The notes below the pieces were generated by a model. That model saw only the letters and a program-made list of their open reading frames with translations, was not told where the DNA came from and ran no database searches. A DNA stretch of 64,000 bases, taken from positions 38,561-102,560 of the forward strand of contig JAZLDG010000074.1 in NCBI GenBank assembly GCA_045614565.1, given 5' to 3'. The position numbers and the translations under genes were made by a program. Every line of letters begins with the position of its first letter. The stretch's first letter is position 1. The DNA is from Candidatus Scatosoma sp. GTDB lineage: Bacteria; Bacillota; Clostridia; Christensenellales; Borkfalkiaceae. Shown in pieces: positions 21,726 through 32,063 of this stretch.

Positions 21726-22310
21726 TTACATTCCTTCAAGTTCGTCCAAGGTTAAGGAAAAGGACGGAATGAAATGCTCGAAAAAATATTCGATTTCGGG
21801 CATTTTTTTATCGTGTAAGTCCTGCTCGATGCTCTTTTTGGCCTTGGAGAACTCGCCGTTGCCCGACCGCAGCTCTTCTAGGCATTTGATATACGCGGCA
21901 AGTCGGTCGGCGGCTTTTACCAAGCGGTATTCCACGCTGTTTTCGTCTGCGAGAATATACGGCTTGATTTCCTGTTGCATTTTTTGCGGGAGCATATCCG
22001 ACATCTTTTGACAAGCTTTTGCTTCCAGCTCCTTATACGCGCCGTGAATTCCTTGGTTATAGTACTTAATCGGCGTGGGCAAATCCCCCGTCATCACTTC
22101 GCTCGTTTCGTGGTACGTAGCGTACAGTACCGTTTTCAAAATATCCGCGTTTCCGCCAAACTCTTCGTTGTGGATAACGGCGAGCGCGTGCGCGAGCAAG
22201 GTTACGCAGTGGGAATGCTCCATTATATTTTCTTCCCGTACCGAGCGCATAAGCTGCCAACGCTTAATATATTTCATTCTGTCCATATACGCGTAAAAAT
22301 CGTACCGCAT
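21726..22310 (-). CDS. HD-domain 5'-deoxynucleotidase (YfbR-like)
   Basis: ENIMEHSHCVTLLAHALA...YHETSEVMTGDLPTPIKY closely parallels the YfbR motifs. Start at MRYDF (22310). Confidence 0.85.
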   Translation of the reverse strand: MRYDFYAYMDRMKYIKRWQLMRSVREENIMEHSHCVTLLAHALAVIHNEEFGGNADILKTVLYATYHETSEVMTGDLPTPIKYYNQGIHGAYKELEAKACQKMSDMLPQKMQQEIKPYILADENSVEYRLVKAADRLAAYIKCLEELRSGNGEFSKAKKSIEQDLHDKKMPEIEYFFEHFIPSFSLTLDELEGM

Positions 22311-22387
22311 AAATTTTTTCTCCTTTTTTTTGCCAAACGCTTGACAAAGACTTTTCATCGTTTTATAATGATAGTACAAAATTTAAT

Positions 22388-22551
22388 TATCCGTCGTGGG
22401 TGCCCTACAAGGCTGAGATTATACCATTGGAATCGGCAAGGTAATACTTGAGCGAGAGATTGATAACCGTTTTTTCCGTAACGCCGCTTGCGGCTTTTAC
22501 AACGAAAAAGCTTTTACGCCCCACTTTATACAAGTCGGGGCTTTTCTTTTT
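22388..22551 (+). promoter_or_regulatory. TPP (THI-box) riboswitch with terminator
   Basis: GGGTGCCC...GGCTGAGA...ACC...GGTAATAC...GCGAGAGA at 22390..22465, then the hairpin GCCCC-N14-GGGGC (22518..22541) followed by TTTTCTTTTT. Confidence 0.7.
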
Positions 22552-22766
22552 GTGAAGGCACTGTCCCAATATTCGGTTGATTTTTGACGGAAAAACGCCG
22601 CGAAATGCATCGCAAAACACGCGGTTACATACCACAGCGGGTATGCGCCCTTGTGTATTTGCTTGTCTTTCTTGCGTTTTTCTCGTCAAACCGTGCAAAG
22701 CACTAATTAACCGCTTATTGTGACACCGCCTTTGGAAAAGCGCGTACGACGGAAAAGGAGTGTTTT

Positions 22767-23480
22767 ATGTTTCTTTATTCCCTGCTCGAAGTTTCCGAGC
22801 AAACCACCAACGTCGTGAAATGGGTTTCCGTTTTAGGCGTCGTACTCGTACTTTGCGTCATTGCGCTCATCGGTTTTTTACAAAACGGCAAACGCTTCGA
22901 CGCGAAAAAAATCGCGTTTGCGGGCATTTGCGTGTCAATGTCGTTTACGCTCGCCGTGATCAAGTTCAGCCCCGTACAATCAGGCGGCTCGATCACCATC
23001 GCTTCGTTCGTGCCGATCTTGATTTTCGCCTACGTTTACGGCGTGGCGGACGGATTGCTCATCGGACTGATCCACGGCTTACTCAATTTCATTGAAGACC
23101 CGTATATTCTCACACCTGCCACCTTCATATTCGATTATTTACTCGCGTTTATGAGCGTAGGCGTAATGGGATTTTTCGGAAAAATGAAACGCAAGGAAAG
23201 AAGCGTTTTGCCCGTGGTTTTGGGTTGCGTTAGCGTGTTCTCGCTCCGTTTCCTTTCCCACCTGTTCTCGGGTATGATCTTCTTTGCCCAAGACGCCGTT
23301 TGGGTGAGCTTCCCCGACTGGGCAACGAGCAACGCGTTTATTTACTCGTTCATCTATCAATGTATCTACGTGCCCGCGGACGCGATTATCGCCACGCTCG
23401 TGCTCGTCGCACTTTGCAAATCAGGCGTGCTTGACCGCTTAACGGCAATGATGAAGCCAAAAAAATCAACGGCTCAATAA
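22767..23480 (+). CDS. thiT: ECF-transporter S component for thiamine (ThiT-like)
   Basis: 237-aa six-helix membrane protein downstream of the TPP riboswitch. RBS AAAGGAG lies 6 nt before the ATG. Confidence 0.75.
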   Translation: MFLYSLLEVSEQTTNVVKWVSVLGVVLVLCVIALIGFLQNGKRFDAKKIAFAGICVSMSFTLAVIKFSPVQSGGSITIASFVPILIFAYVYGVADGLLIGLIHGLLNFIEDPYILTPATFIFDYLLAFMSVGVMGFFGKMKRKERSVLPVVLGCVSVFSLRFLSHLFSGMIFFAQDAVWVSFPDWATSNAFIYSFIYQCIYVPADAIIATLVLVALCKSGVLDRLTAMMKPKKSTAQ

Positions 23481-23974
23481 ACGGCGATTTCGTCGAATAC
23501 CGATTTATTGACGATTACCTTTTTTTCGTCAATATCGACCTTTACGATCACGCCTTTTACGGCAGGGAAGAGTATGCTTTTCCCTGCTTTTTCTATGGTA
23601 TAAATATCCGAAGCAAGCAAAGTAATATCCTTGACCGTGCCTAAAAATTCCCCGTCCTGCGTTTCGCAAGCGCAACCGAGCACGTCGACGATATAATATC
23701 TGCCTTCTTCCAAAGCGGGCGCATCGTCGCGTTTTCCGTAAACGAGCTTGCCGCGGAACATCTCCGCCGCGTTACGGTCGGGTACGCCGCGAAGCCCTAC
23801 GTACGCCGCGCCGTCGTTTCCGACACGATAGGACAAAATCTTATAAGGCGTATCGTCGATATACAGCGTTTTGAACGCTTTGACGTCCTCGGGAAAATCG
23901 GTAAAGGTTTTAATTTTCAATTCCCCGCGAATACCCTGCGGTTTTAATATTTCAGCAATAACGAGCTTATCCAT
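23474..23974 (-). CDS. rimM: 16S rRNA processing protein RimM
   Basis: IAEILKPQGIRGELKIK...PEDVK... PRC-barrel layout, in the conserved ffh-rpsP-KH-rimM context. Confidence 0.88.
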   Translation of the reverse strand: MDKLVIAEILKPQGIRGELKIKTFTDFPEDVKAFKTLYIDDTPYKILSYRVGNDGAAYVGLRGVPDRNAAEMFRGKLVYGKRDDAPALEEGRYYIVDVLGCACETQDGEFLGTVKDITLLASDIYTIEKAGKSILFPAVKGVIVKVDIDEKKVIVNKSVFDEIAVY

Positions 23975-24199
23975 ACCACACACTCCTTTGATTTGAACGC
24001 ATACCTGCCCCTATCGTTTTAGTTATGGCGATGTCACAATAAACGATTGATTAGTGCTTTGCACGATTTGACGAGCAAAACGCGTAGAATTTCGCGGCGT
24101 TTTTTCGTCAAAATCAACCGAGTGTTGGGACAGAGCCTTGGTTATAAGCCAAAAAAAGGCTTCCGTCAGAAAGCCTTTTTATTCGGTTTTACAAACGGC

Positions 24200-24463
24200 T
24201 TATTCTTCGTCCGTGTTTACGGCGTCGCCGCCCTTTTCACGGATTTCAACGACGTATTTCTTGCTATTTGCAGGCGTCGCCGCGCGTACGATCGTACGCA
24301 TTGCTTTCGCGATTTTACCCTGCTTGCCGATTACCTTGCCCATATCGGACGGGGTAAGCACGACGGTAACTTCGATTACGCGGTCTTTTTCTTTGACTTC
24401 GTATTCGACGTTGTCCTTGTCTTCGGCAAACTGCTCGACGATATATTTAATCAAATCCAGCAT
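24200..24463 (-). CDS. KH-domain RNA-binding protein (YlqC-like)
   Basis: The KH motif VIGKQGKIAKAMRTIV, located between rpsP and rimM. Confidence 0.85.
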   Translation of the reverse strand: MLDLIKYIVEQFAEDKDNVEYEVKEKDRVIEVTVVLTPSDMGKVIGKQGKIAKAMRTIVRAATPANSKKYVVEIREKGGDAVNTDEE

Positions 24464-24482
24464 TTTTTATGCCTCACACTTC

Positions 24483-24773
24483 TTATTTGGATTTCTTCGT
24501 CTTGGTCTTGGAAGGGCTTAACTTCGCGCTCTTTTCCATAGCACCCGTTTTAACAAGCAAGTTCTTAACCGTTTCCGTGGGTTGAACGCCCTTAGAAATC
24601 CAGTCTTTTGCTTTTTCTACGTCGATCGTAAGTTCAACGGGATCGCAGGTAGGTCTGTAATGACCAACGCAATCGATGTATTCGCCCGTTGCAGCCTTTC
24701 TGCTGTCAACGACTACGACACGGTAGATAGGGTTCTTTTTGTCGCCCATTCTGAAAAGTCTCATTTTTACCAT
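24483..24773 (-). CDS. rpsP: 30S ribosomal protein S16
   Basis: MVKMRLFRMGDKKNPIYRVVVVDSRKA... Confidence 0.95.
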   Translation of the reverse strand: MVKMRLFRMGDKKNPIYRVVVVDSRKAATGEYIDCVGHYRPTCDPVELTIDVEKAKDWISKGVQPTETVKNLLVKTGAMEKSAKLSPSKTKTKKSK

Positions 24774-24822
24774 AATAGTATACCTCCAAAGTATATAAAA
24801 ATTTTTTTATTTTTTGCTGTGT

Positions 24823-26142
24823 TTAGAAGGGAAGCTTGAATTTCCCGCGCCCGCCTTTGAGCTGTTTCATCAAAAGCTTGGTTTGCTCGTACTGTTTCAA
24901 AAGCTGATTGACTTCCTGTACGCTCGTACCCGATCCCGCCGCAATACGACGTTTTCTCTTGCTGTCGATGATCGCGGGATTATCCCGCTCGGTTTTGGTC
25001 ATTGAAAGGATAATCGCTTTCGTGCGTTCGATCTTCTTTTCGTCGATATCGCCTTCGTTGACCTTCATTTTATTCGCGCCGGGGAGCATCGAAAGCATCG
25101 CGCTCGCACCGCCCATTTTTTTCATCATTGCAAACTGCTCTAAATAATCGCTCAAAGTAAAGCTGTTCGCAAGCATTTTTTGTTGCATTTTCTTGGCGTC
25201 TTCTTCGGTGATTGCCTGTTGCGCTTTTTCAATCAGCGAAAGCACGTCGCCCATACCCAAAATCCGCGAAGCCATACGGTCGGGATAGAAAGGCTCTAAA
25301 TCGGTGAGTTTTTCCCCAACGCCGATAAATTTAATGGGCTTGCCCGTAACCGCCTTGATCGACAAGCACGCGCCGCCGCGCGTATCGCCGTCTAATTTCG
25401 TCAAAATCACGCCCGTGACCGCCAACCGTTCGTTGAAGGTTTGCGCTACGTTCACCGCTTCTTGCCCCGTCATTGCGTCTACGACGAGCAGCGTTTCGGT
25501 GACTTCGATTTCTTTTTTGATATTTTCCAGCTCTTGCATCAGCGTATCGTCGATCTGTAACCGACCCGCCGTGTCCAAGATTACCGTATCGTAATTCATC
25601 GAACGCGCGTACTCGATCGCTTGCTTCGCCGTTTTGACGGGATTTTGCGTACCCTTTTCAAAAACTTCCGTTTGCGCGTTTTTGCCCACGACTTGGAGCT
25701 GGGTAATCGCCGCGGGGCGGTAAATATCCCCCGCCACGAGCAAGGGGCGTTTGCCCTGTTTTTTGAGAAGCAACGCAAGCTTGCCGCAAAGCGTCGTTTT
25801 ACCCGCGCCTTGCAAACCGCACATCATAATGACCGTGGGGAGCTTGGGCGAAACTTCGATTTTCGCGTTTTTCGCGCCCATCAACGCGATGAGTTCTTCG
25901 TTGACGATTTTGATAACCTGTTGTGCAGGGTTTAAGGAAGAAAGAATTTCTTGCCCTACCGCTTTTTCCGAAACGTCCGCGATAAAATCTTTGGCAACCT
26001 TTAAGTTGACGTCCGCTTCGAGCAAAGCCACGCGCACTTCGCGCATCGCCGTGCGGATTTCAAGCTCCGTAAGCTTCCCGCGTTTGGTGAGCTTGGAAAA
26101 TATATGATTTAATCTTTCTGATAAAGATCCGAATAAAGCCAT
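24823..26142 (-). CDS. ffh: signal recognition particle protein Ffh
   Basis: GLQGAGKTT, DTAGRL and TKLDGDTRGG GTPase motifs plus a Met-rich M domain. Confidence 0.95.
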   Translation of the reverse strand: MALFGSLSERLNHIFSKLTKRGKLTELEIRTAMREVRVALLEADVNLKVAKDFIADVSEKAVGQEILSSLNPAQQVIKIVNEELIALMGAKNAKIEVSPKLPTVIMMCGLQGAGKTTLCGKLALLLKKQGKRPLLVAGDIYRPAAITQLQVVGKNAQTEVFEKGTQNPVKTAKQAIEYARSMNYDTVILDTAGRLQIDDTLMQELENIKKEIEVTETLLVVDAMTGQEAVNVAQTFNERLAVTGVILTKLDGDTRGGACLSIKAVTGKPIKFIGVGEKLTDLEPFYPDRMASRILGMGDVLSLIEKAQQAITEEDAKKMQQKMLANSFTLSDYLEQFAMMKKMGGASAMLSMLPGANKMKVNEGDIDEKKIERTKAIILSMTKTERDNPAIIDSKRKRRIAAGSGTSVQEVNQLLKQYEQTKLLMKQLKGGRGKFKLPF

Positions 26143-26168
26143 TCCACTCTCCTTAATCGCCCGTCTCC

Positions 26169-26543
26169 TTAATCGTCCGCCGTGATCGTTTCCACACCAA
26201 ATTCTTCGTGGACGGCTTGCAAGTCCGCTTTCAGTTTCAGCACGGCTTCGCTTGCCGCATTCGCTTCCATAAAACGGTCCACCGTCGTCATATACGCGGA
26301 ATATTCGCGCGAAAGCTCGTCCAGCGTATTCAAAAAACCGAGCTTTTGATCGTAGTTTTCAAGCTGTTTTTTGCATTTTTGCAAACAGTCGGAAACGCTT
26401 TGGCGGGATACGCCCTTTTGTTCGGCAATTTCACCCAAAGAAAGGTCGTAATTGAAATACAAATCGGTGATTTCTCGTTGCGTCGCCGTAAGCAAGGGCG
26501 AATACAAATCCCAAAGTCGGAGAAACCGCAAATCGTCTTTCAT
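26169..26543 (-). CDS. ylxM: YlxM/UPF0122 putative helix-turn-helix protein
   Basis: LLTATQREITDLYFNYDLSLGEIAEQKGVSRQSVSD, located immediately upstream of ffh. Confidence 0.85.
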   Translation of the reverse strand: MKDDLRFLRLWDLYSPLLTATQREITDLYFNYDLSLGEIAEQKGVSRQSVSDCLQKCKKQLENYDQKLGFLNTLDELSREYSAYMTTVDRFMEANAASEAVLKLKADLQAVHEEFGVETITADD

Positions 26544-26637
26544 ATCCGTTTCCCCCCTTTCCGTCGTCTATTATACCCTAAAAATAAACGAGTGTCAAGC
26601 ATTTTTACTTGACACCCGTAAATTTTTTTTGCGTTTT

Positions 26638-27819
26638 TTACAGAATAAATTGTAATAAATCCACGAGAATGGCAAACGCGAACAAGAAAATGATGCCGAC
26701 GAAGTGGATAATCGTTTCCACTTTACGGTTGACGGGTTTTTTGCGTATCCATTCGATGATACAAAAGATGACCTTACAGCCGTCGAGCGCGGGAACGGGC
26801 AATAAATTGAACACCGCCAAGTTCACGCCGATAAACGCCGCTATATTCAAAAACGAAAGCGGGCTTGCCGAAGCGGCTTGTGCCGTCAAGCCGATCGTGG
26901 TTACGGGACCGCCCATCGTCGTAATACCGAGCTTGCCCGTAATCAATTCCCCAAGCGAGCGCAAGACCGTGCCGCCGATTTTGAACGAGTACACGAACGC
27001 CGAGCCGATCGTTTCAAAAAAGCCTTGTTGCACCGTCACGCTCGCGAATTGATATTGCGTAACGTCTAACCCAAGCGTTGCGTACAGCGTTGTCATATCG
27101 TTCATATTTTGGAAATTGCAATCGCTTTTGAGCAAAATTTGCAGCGTTCTTTCTTCCCAAACGCCGTCGGCGTTTTTGCGCAAGATTTTGAAATCCACAC
27201 TTTCGCCCTGCGTTTTACCCGAAAGCGCGTCGATATAGTCCGTAGCCAAATAGATATCTTCGCCGTCCACCGACAAAATAATATCTTTTGCGGAAAGCTC
27301 CGTTTCAGAAATCACAGGCTCGCCTTCCCCTGCGTAGGCAAGATAGGAATGAATACAGCCGTATACGCCGAACATCGTAAAAAGCAACACGAGCGCGAGC
27401 AAATAATTCATCAACGCGCCCGCTACCAACACGATAATACGTTTCCAAGGCGGTTGGTCGTTGAAACGTTCGCCCTTGGGTGTGGGGTACTCGTTTTCTT
27501 GGGTTTTCTCAACCCTGCCCCCGTCGCTTTGTTGGTTTTGTGCAAGCTCTTCAAACGGTTCTTCCGTTTTTTCTTCATTTTCTTCGTACTCGTCTTCGCC
27601 GTCAAAAGCGCAATACCCGCCGAGCGGGATTGCGCGGAGCGCAAACAGTTCGCCCGTTTTTTTACTGCGTTTTTTGAAGATGGCAGGTCCAAACCCGACG
27701 GAAAATTCGTTGATACGAAACCCTAAAATTTTTCCCGCGATATAATGCCCGAATTCGTGAATGGTGACCATTGCGAGCAAAATCAAAATTGCCAAAACGA
27801 TTCCGCCGATCGTCGTCAT
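26638..27819 (-). CDS. rseP: RIP (site-2) zinc metalloprotease RseP
   Basis: HEFGHY zinc motif in TM1, a central PDZ-like segment and a C-terminal NLLPVPALDG motif. Start uncertain: I took Met-38 of the track ORF so that the gene does not overlap dxr. Confidence 0.85.
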   Translation of the reverse strand: MTTIGGIVLAILILLAMVTIHEFGHYIAGKILGFRINEFSVGFGPAIFKKRSKKTGELFALRAIPLGGYCAFDGEDEYEENEEKTEEPFEELAQNQQSDGGRVEKTQENEYPTPKGERFNDQPPWKRIIVLVAGALMNYLLALVLLFTMFGVYGCIHSYLAYAGEGEPVISETELSAKDIILSVDGEDIYLATDYIDALSGKTQGESVDFKILRKNADGVWEERTLQILLKSDCNFQNMNDMTTLYATLGLDVTQYQFASVTVQQGFFETIGSAFVYSFKIGGTVLRSLGELITGKLGITTMGGPVTTIGLTAQAASASPLSFLNIAAFIGVNLAVFNLLPVPALDGCKVIFCIIEWIRKKPVNRKVETIIHFVGIIFLFAFAILVDLLQFIL

Positions 27820-27862
27820 TACGCTTTCAAACGTTGCTAATAAACCGTTTATATACAAAGTC

Positions 27863-29008
27863 TTAACCCCTTTCCACGTATTCCTTTGCCAAGGCGCGCG
27901 CCCGTTCGTCCGTAGCCTTGAGCGCGGCATACCCGTCCGCTTTTACGCGTTCCGTCTTTCCAAGCGCGTATTCGATCGTATCGGCAATCGCAAGGAAAGG
28001 TATTCGCCCGTCTAAAAACGCCCGAACGGCAATTTCCCCCGCGCCGTTGAGCGCGCAAGGATAGTTATCCCCCGTTTCCGCGGCTTTGAGCGCAAGGTCA
28101 AAGCAAGGAAACGCTTTTCTTTCAAACGGTAAAAAACGGATCGCGCCAAGCGACGCAAAATCCAAGGGCTTGACGCCGCAAGGCAGGCGTTCAGGATAGG
28201 TGAGTGCGAGCTGAATGGGCAATTCCATCGTCGGATAGCTCATTTGCGCCAACACGCCGCCGTCGGAAAATTCCACCATGGAATGAATGATACTTTCGGG
28301 TTGCACGATCGTGTGAATTTTGTCTAAATCGCAGTCGTACAACCATTTCGCTTCGATAACTTCAAAGCCTTTATTAAGGAGCGTTGCCGAGTCGATCGTG
28401 ATTTTCGCGCCCATATTCCAAGTGGGGTGTTTGAGCGCGGAAGCGGGTGTGACGGTTGCTAATTTCGCTCTATCCCAGCCGTAAAACGGACCGCCGCTCG
28501 CCGTGATGATCAGCCTTGAAAAAGGCGCATCCGTGCGGAAATGCAAGGCTTGCCACAGCGCGGAATGTTCGCTGTCCACGGGCATTAAACGCGTACCTGC
28601 CCCCTTGATTTTTTGCATTACCAGTTCGCCGCCGCAAACGAGCGTTTCCTTGTTCGCAAGCGCGATATCCTTTTTCGCTTCCACCGCTTTGAGTGTGTAT
28701 TTAAGTCCCGCAAAACCCGTCGCGGCAATGAACGCAACTTCGCCGTATTCGATGGCGGCAAGCGCGGCTGCTTCACCGTAGCCAAATCGTACCCCCGCCG
28801 GAATTTTGTCTGCAATCGCTTTCCCCGCTTCTTCGTCCACGAGCGCGGCGTACGCGGGCTTAAATTCTATCACTTGACGCAAAAACGCTTCCGCAGAAGC
28901 GTTTGCAACGATACTTTCAATTTTGAATTTGTCAGCGTGACGGCGAACGACGCTACAAACCTGCGTTCCGATAGAACCCGTCGAGCCGATCAAGGAAATT
29001 GTCTTCAA
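27863..29008 (-). CDS. dxr: 1-deoxy-D-xylulose-5-phosphate reductoisomerase
   Basis: LIGSTGSIGTQ...LANKE...PVDSEHSA... Confidence 0.93.
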   Translation of the reverse strand: MKTISLIGSTGSIGTQVCSVVRRHADKFKIESIVANASAEAFLRQVIEFKPAYAALVDEEAGKAIADKIPAGVRFGYGEAAALAAIEYGEVAFIAATGFAGLKYTLKAVEAKKDIALANKETLVCGGELVMQKIKGAGTRLMPVDSEHSALWQALHFRTDAPFSRLIITASGGPFYGWDRAKLATVTPASALKHPTWNMGAKITIDSATLLNKGFEVIEAKWLYDCDLDKIHTIVQPESIIHSMVEFSDGGVLAQMSYPTMELPIQLALTYPERLPCGVKPLDFASLGAIRFLPFERKAFPCFDLALKAAETGDNYPCALNGAGEIAVRAFLDGRIPFLAIADTIEYALGKTERVKADGYAALKATDERARALAKEYVERG

Positions 29009-29020
29009 AATCCCACCACC

Positions 29021-29950
29021 TTATGCTATCAAATAAATGAGCGCGAACGCCGCGTATACGATCACCGTCGCAAACAGCGTACCGTCGATACGGTCTAACA
29101 TTCCGCCGTGACCGGGGATTAAATTCCCCATATCTTTCAAACCTTTTTTGCGTTTGATACAGCTTTCCACGAGATCGCCAAACGCCGTCGCAAGCGCGGT
29201 CAGTAAACCGATTATCATATAAATCGGCAACCATAAGCCCATATGCGGGAAACCGCCCACGAACGAATTATAAATAAAGTAAATGAGCGTTGCACCGATT
29301 ACCCCGCCCAGCAGCCCGCCGATAAAGCCGACCACCGTTTTGTTGGGGCTTAACGTAGGCGCGAGTTTTTTTGGAAATACCTTTTTCAATGAAACTCCCA
29401 CGAAAAACGCCGTACAGTCGGCAATCGGGGAAATGCCCAAAATGAGTAAAATCGCAAGGTTGGAATTGAACTTCATTGCGTCCAGATCCGCCGAACTTGC
29501 CAAGAGTTTATCCCGAAACATCGGTGCTTCACCGATATGGTTTGCAAGCACCAAAAGTGTCAAAAGCAAGGTAGGATATACCGCGGATACGAACGCCGCG
29601 CCGATATTTTCGGGGGTAGATTCTTCGTTTTTGAACACGAGCAAGGACAACAGCGCAAGCGCGAGCACGAAAAACAAAACCGCCGTTACGTGGATACCGT
29701 ACCCGTAAAAAAATTCACCCAACGCGCAAAGCGGAATACAAACCGCCGAGAAGATAAATATGATGGATTTTTCCGTTTTTGCAAGATTATCGTTCATCGC
29801 GCGGACGATTTCAAACGTACCGATGAGCGAACAGCCGTAAATGAGTACGTCGAAGCACAAGCTTCCGTACGTGGGTACGAAAACCTTTAATAGATAAAAG
29901 GATAATACGACGATAATATATATTATGCCCGACGTAATTCGCTGTTTCAT
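29021..29950 (-). CDS. cdsA: phosphatidate cytidylyltransferase
   Basis: The C-terminal signature GDLVESCIKRKKGLKDMGNLIPGHGGMLDRID. Confidence 0.9.
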   Translation of the reverse strand: MKQRITSGIIYIIVVLSFYLLKVFVPTYGSLCFDVLIYGCSLIGTFEIVRAMNDNLAKTEKSIIFIFSAVCIPLCALGEFFYGYGIHVTAVLFFVLALALLSLLVFKNEESTPENIGAAFVSAVYPTLLLTLLVLANHIGEAPMFRDKLLASSADLDAMKFNSNLAILLILGISPIADCTAFFVGVSLKKVFPKKLAPTLSPNKTVVGFIGGLLGGVIGATLIYFIYNSFVGGFPHMGLWLPIYMIIGLLTALATAFGDLVESCIKRKKGLKDMGNLIPGHGGMLDRIDGTLFATVIVYAAFALIYLIA

Positions 29951-30019
29951 TGCTCACTCTCCCGCAAAAGGCGCGTTTCAACGCATACCTGCCCCTTGCA
30001 TTTTTATTTTTGGTGGAAT

Positions 30020-30736
30020 TTATAACTGTTCGTCCGTTTTACCAAAACGGCGGGTACGCTCGGAAAACCAAGCGATCGCACTTTCCAAATCCTTATCCGA
30101 AAACTCAGGGAACATTTTATCGGAAAAATACAGTTCCGCGTACGCCGCTTGCCATAAAAGGAAGTTGGACAAACGGACTTCCTTGCCCGTACGGATAATG
30201 AGATCAGGATCAGGTTGCTCGTAGGTATACAAAAGGGAAGAAAAGCTTTCTTCCGTAAGCGTTTCGCCCCGTTCGATTGCTAAATTCGCCGCGCGAACGA
30301 TTTCCGCGCGCGCGCCGTAGCAAAGCGCCATATTGATGCCTTTACCTTCGTAGCATTGCGTTCTTTCTTCGCTCGCGCGGAGAATGGCTTGCACGTCGTT
30401 AGGCAAAAGGGAAAGATCACCGATTACGCGAAGGCGTACGCCACGCGCGCACACCCGACGCATATATTCGTCGAAATAATTACGGATCAAATCGTACAGC
30501 CCTTCTAATTCCGCTTGCGGGCGTTTCAAGTTTTCCGTAGACAACGCGTACACGGTCACGTAAGAAACGCCTAAATCGAACGCGTGTTCGAGCAGTCCGA
30601 CCATACGCTCCATACCCTGTTTATGACCAAAGGAGCGGGGCATTAAGCGTTTTTTCGCCCAACGCCCGTTGCCGTCCATTATTATGGCGATGTGGCGGGG
30701 AATTTTCACACCCGCTTTTATTGTATTCGCCACCAT
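30020..30736 (-). CDS. uppS: isoprenyl transferase (undecaprenyl-diphosphate synthase)
   Basis: HIAIIMDGNGRWA...LIIRTGKEVRLSNFLLWQ. Confidence 0.93.
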   Translation of the reverse strand: MVANTIKAGVKIPRHIAIIMDGNGRWAKKRLMPRSFGHKQGMERMVGLLEHAFDLGVSYVTVYALSTENLKRPQAELEGLYDLIRNYFDEYMRRVCARGVRLRVIGDLSLLPNDVQAILRASEERTQCYEGKGINMALCYGARAEIVRAANLAIERGETLTEESFSSLLYTYEQPDPDLIIRTGKEVRLSNFLLWQAAYAELYFSDKMFPEFSDKDLESAIAWFSERTRRFGKTDEQL

Positions 30737-30739
30737 AGC

Positions 30740-31312
30740 TTATATAGACATCAAATCTTTTTCTTTCGCGGAAATAATCGTTTCCAACTTGCTCATATAT
30801 TCGGAAATCATTTTTTCTACGTCCGCTTCGCAACCCGAAGCTTCGTCTTCGGAAAGCTCTTTCGCCGTTTTCATTTTCTTGATAACGTCCATCGCTTCGC
30901 GGCGGTGGTTACGTACGGCAACTTTCGTTTCTTCGCCCATTTTCTTGGCTTGCTTTACAAGCTCTCTTCTGCGTTCTTCCGTCATATCGGGGAATACCAA
31001 ACGGATCACGTTCCCGTCGTTGGACGGCGTAAGCCCGATATTCGATTGCAAAATCGCCTTTTCTACCGCTTTGAGCAGGGATTTATCCCAAAGGCTGATT
31101 TGCAAGCATTTCGCGTCCAAAGCGGAAACGTTGCCAAGCTCGATAAGCTTGCTCATACCGCCGTACGCTTCGACTTCCAAGCGGTCCAAAATACGGGGAT
31201 TAGCTCTACCCGTACGAATTGCGCCGTAATCGTTTTCTAACGCGCGCAAGGAATTTTCCGCTTTTTCTTCAAGTTCTAACATCATTTCTTCAATTCTTTC
31301 GTTTTCAATCAT
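30740..31312 (-). CDS. frr: ribosome recycling factor
   Basis: IRTGRANPRILD...NDGNVIRLVFPDMTEERRRELVK. Confidence 0.93.
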   Translation of the reverse strand: MIENERIEEMMLELEEKAENSLRALENDYGAIRTGRANPRILDRLEVEAYGGMSKLIELGNVSALDAKCLQISLWDKSLLKAVEKAILQSNIGLTPSNDGNVIRLVFPDMTEERRRELVKQAKKMGEETKVAVRNHRREAMDVIKKMKTAKELSEDEASGCEADVEKMISEYMSKLETIISAKEKDLMSI

Positions 31313-31355
31313 TGTTCGTTTCTCCTTTATTGCCTTTTTTTATGCTTTTTATTCT

Positions 31356-32063
31356 TTACACCTTAATAAGAGTGCCAAGTTTTTCGCCGCAAACCGCGCG
31401 AACGATGGAATTTTCTTCGTTCAAGCCGAATGCAAGCGTGGGCACGTCGTTTTCCATACACATCGTCGCCGCCGTGAAATCAATCACTTTCAAATTGCGG
31501 TTGATAATGTCCGCATAGCGCAATTCTTCGTACTTTTTCGCAAACGGGTTGGTCTTGGGATCGGAATCATAAATCCCGTCTACGTTCTTTGCCATCAGTA
31601 AAATGTCCGCGCCGATTTCACAAGCGCGAAGCGCAGCCGCCGTATCCGTGGAACAGAACGGGTTACCCGTTCCGCAAGCGAAAATCACGATACGCCCCAT
31701 TTCAAAATGGCGCAATGCTTTACGCAGAATGAACGGTTCTGCCAAAGACACCATATTCAACGCCGTTTGTACGCGTACGGATACGCCGCGTTGCTCGATG
31801 GCGTCCATCATTGCGAGCGAGTTCATAACCGTCGCTAACATTCCCATATGATCCGCCGTCGTTCTGTCCATATTCGTGCCTTGTCTACCGCGCCAAAAGT
31901 TTCCGCCGCCGATAACAAGCCCGACTTGAACGCCCATGTTGTGCAATTCTACAATTTGATCCACGACGGGCGCGATCACTTCGTGATTAAGCCCAAACCG
32001 TTGATCGCCCGCAAGCGCTTCCCCCGAAAGTTTGAGCAATACTCTCTTGTAAATAGGTTCCAT
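31356..32063 (-). CDS. pyrH: UMP kinase
   Basis: YKRVLLKLSGEAL...VIGGGNFWRG. Start at Met-5 of the track ORF. Confidence 0.92.
   Translation of the reverse strand: MEPIYKRVLLKLSGEALAGDQRFGLNHEVIAPVVDQIVELHNMGVQVGLVIGGGNFWRGRQGTNMDRTTADHMGMLATVMNSLAMMDAIEQRGVSVRVQTALNMVSLAEPFILRKALRHFEMGRIVIFACGTGNPFCSTDTAAALRACEIGADILLMAKNVDGIYDSDPKTNPFAKKYEELRYADIINRNLKVIDFTAATMCMENDVPTLAFGLNEENSIVRAVCGEKLGTLIKV

Noticed and set aside
22405-22698. A 97-aa minus-strand ORF antisense to the TPP riboswitch leader.
   Set aside because: It overlaps the riboswitch aptamer and terminator on the opposite strand. It has no RBS and a basic low-complexity translation.
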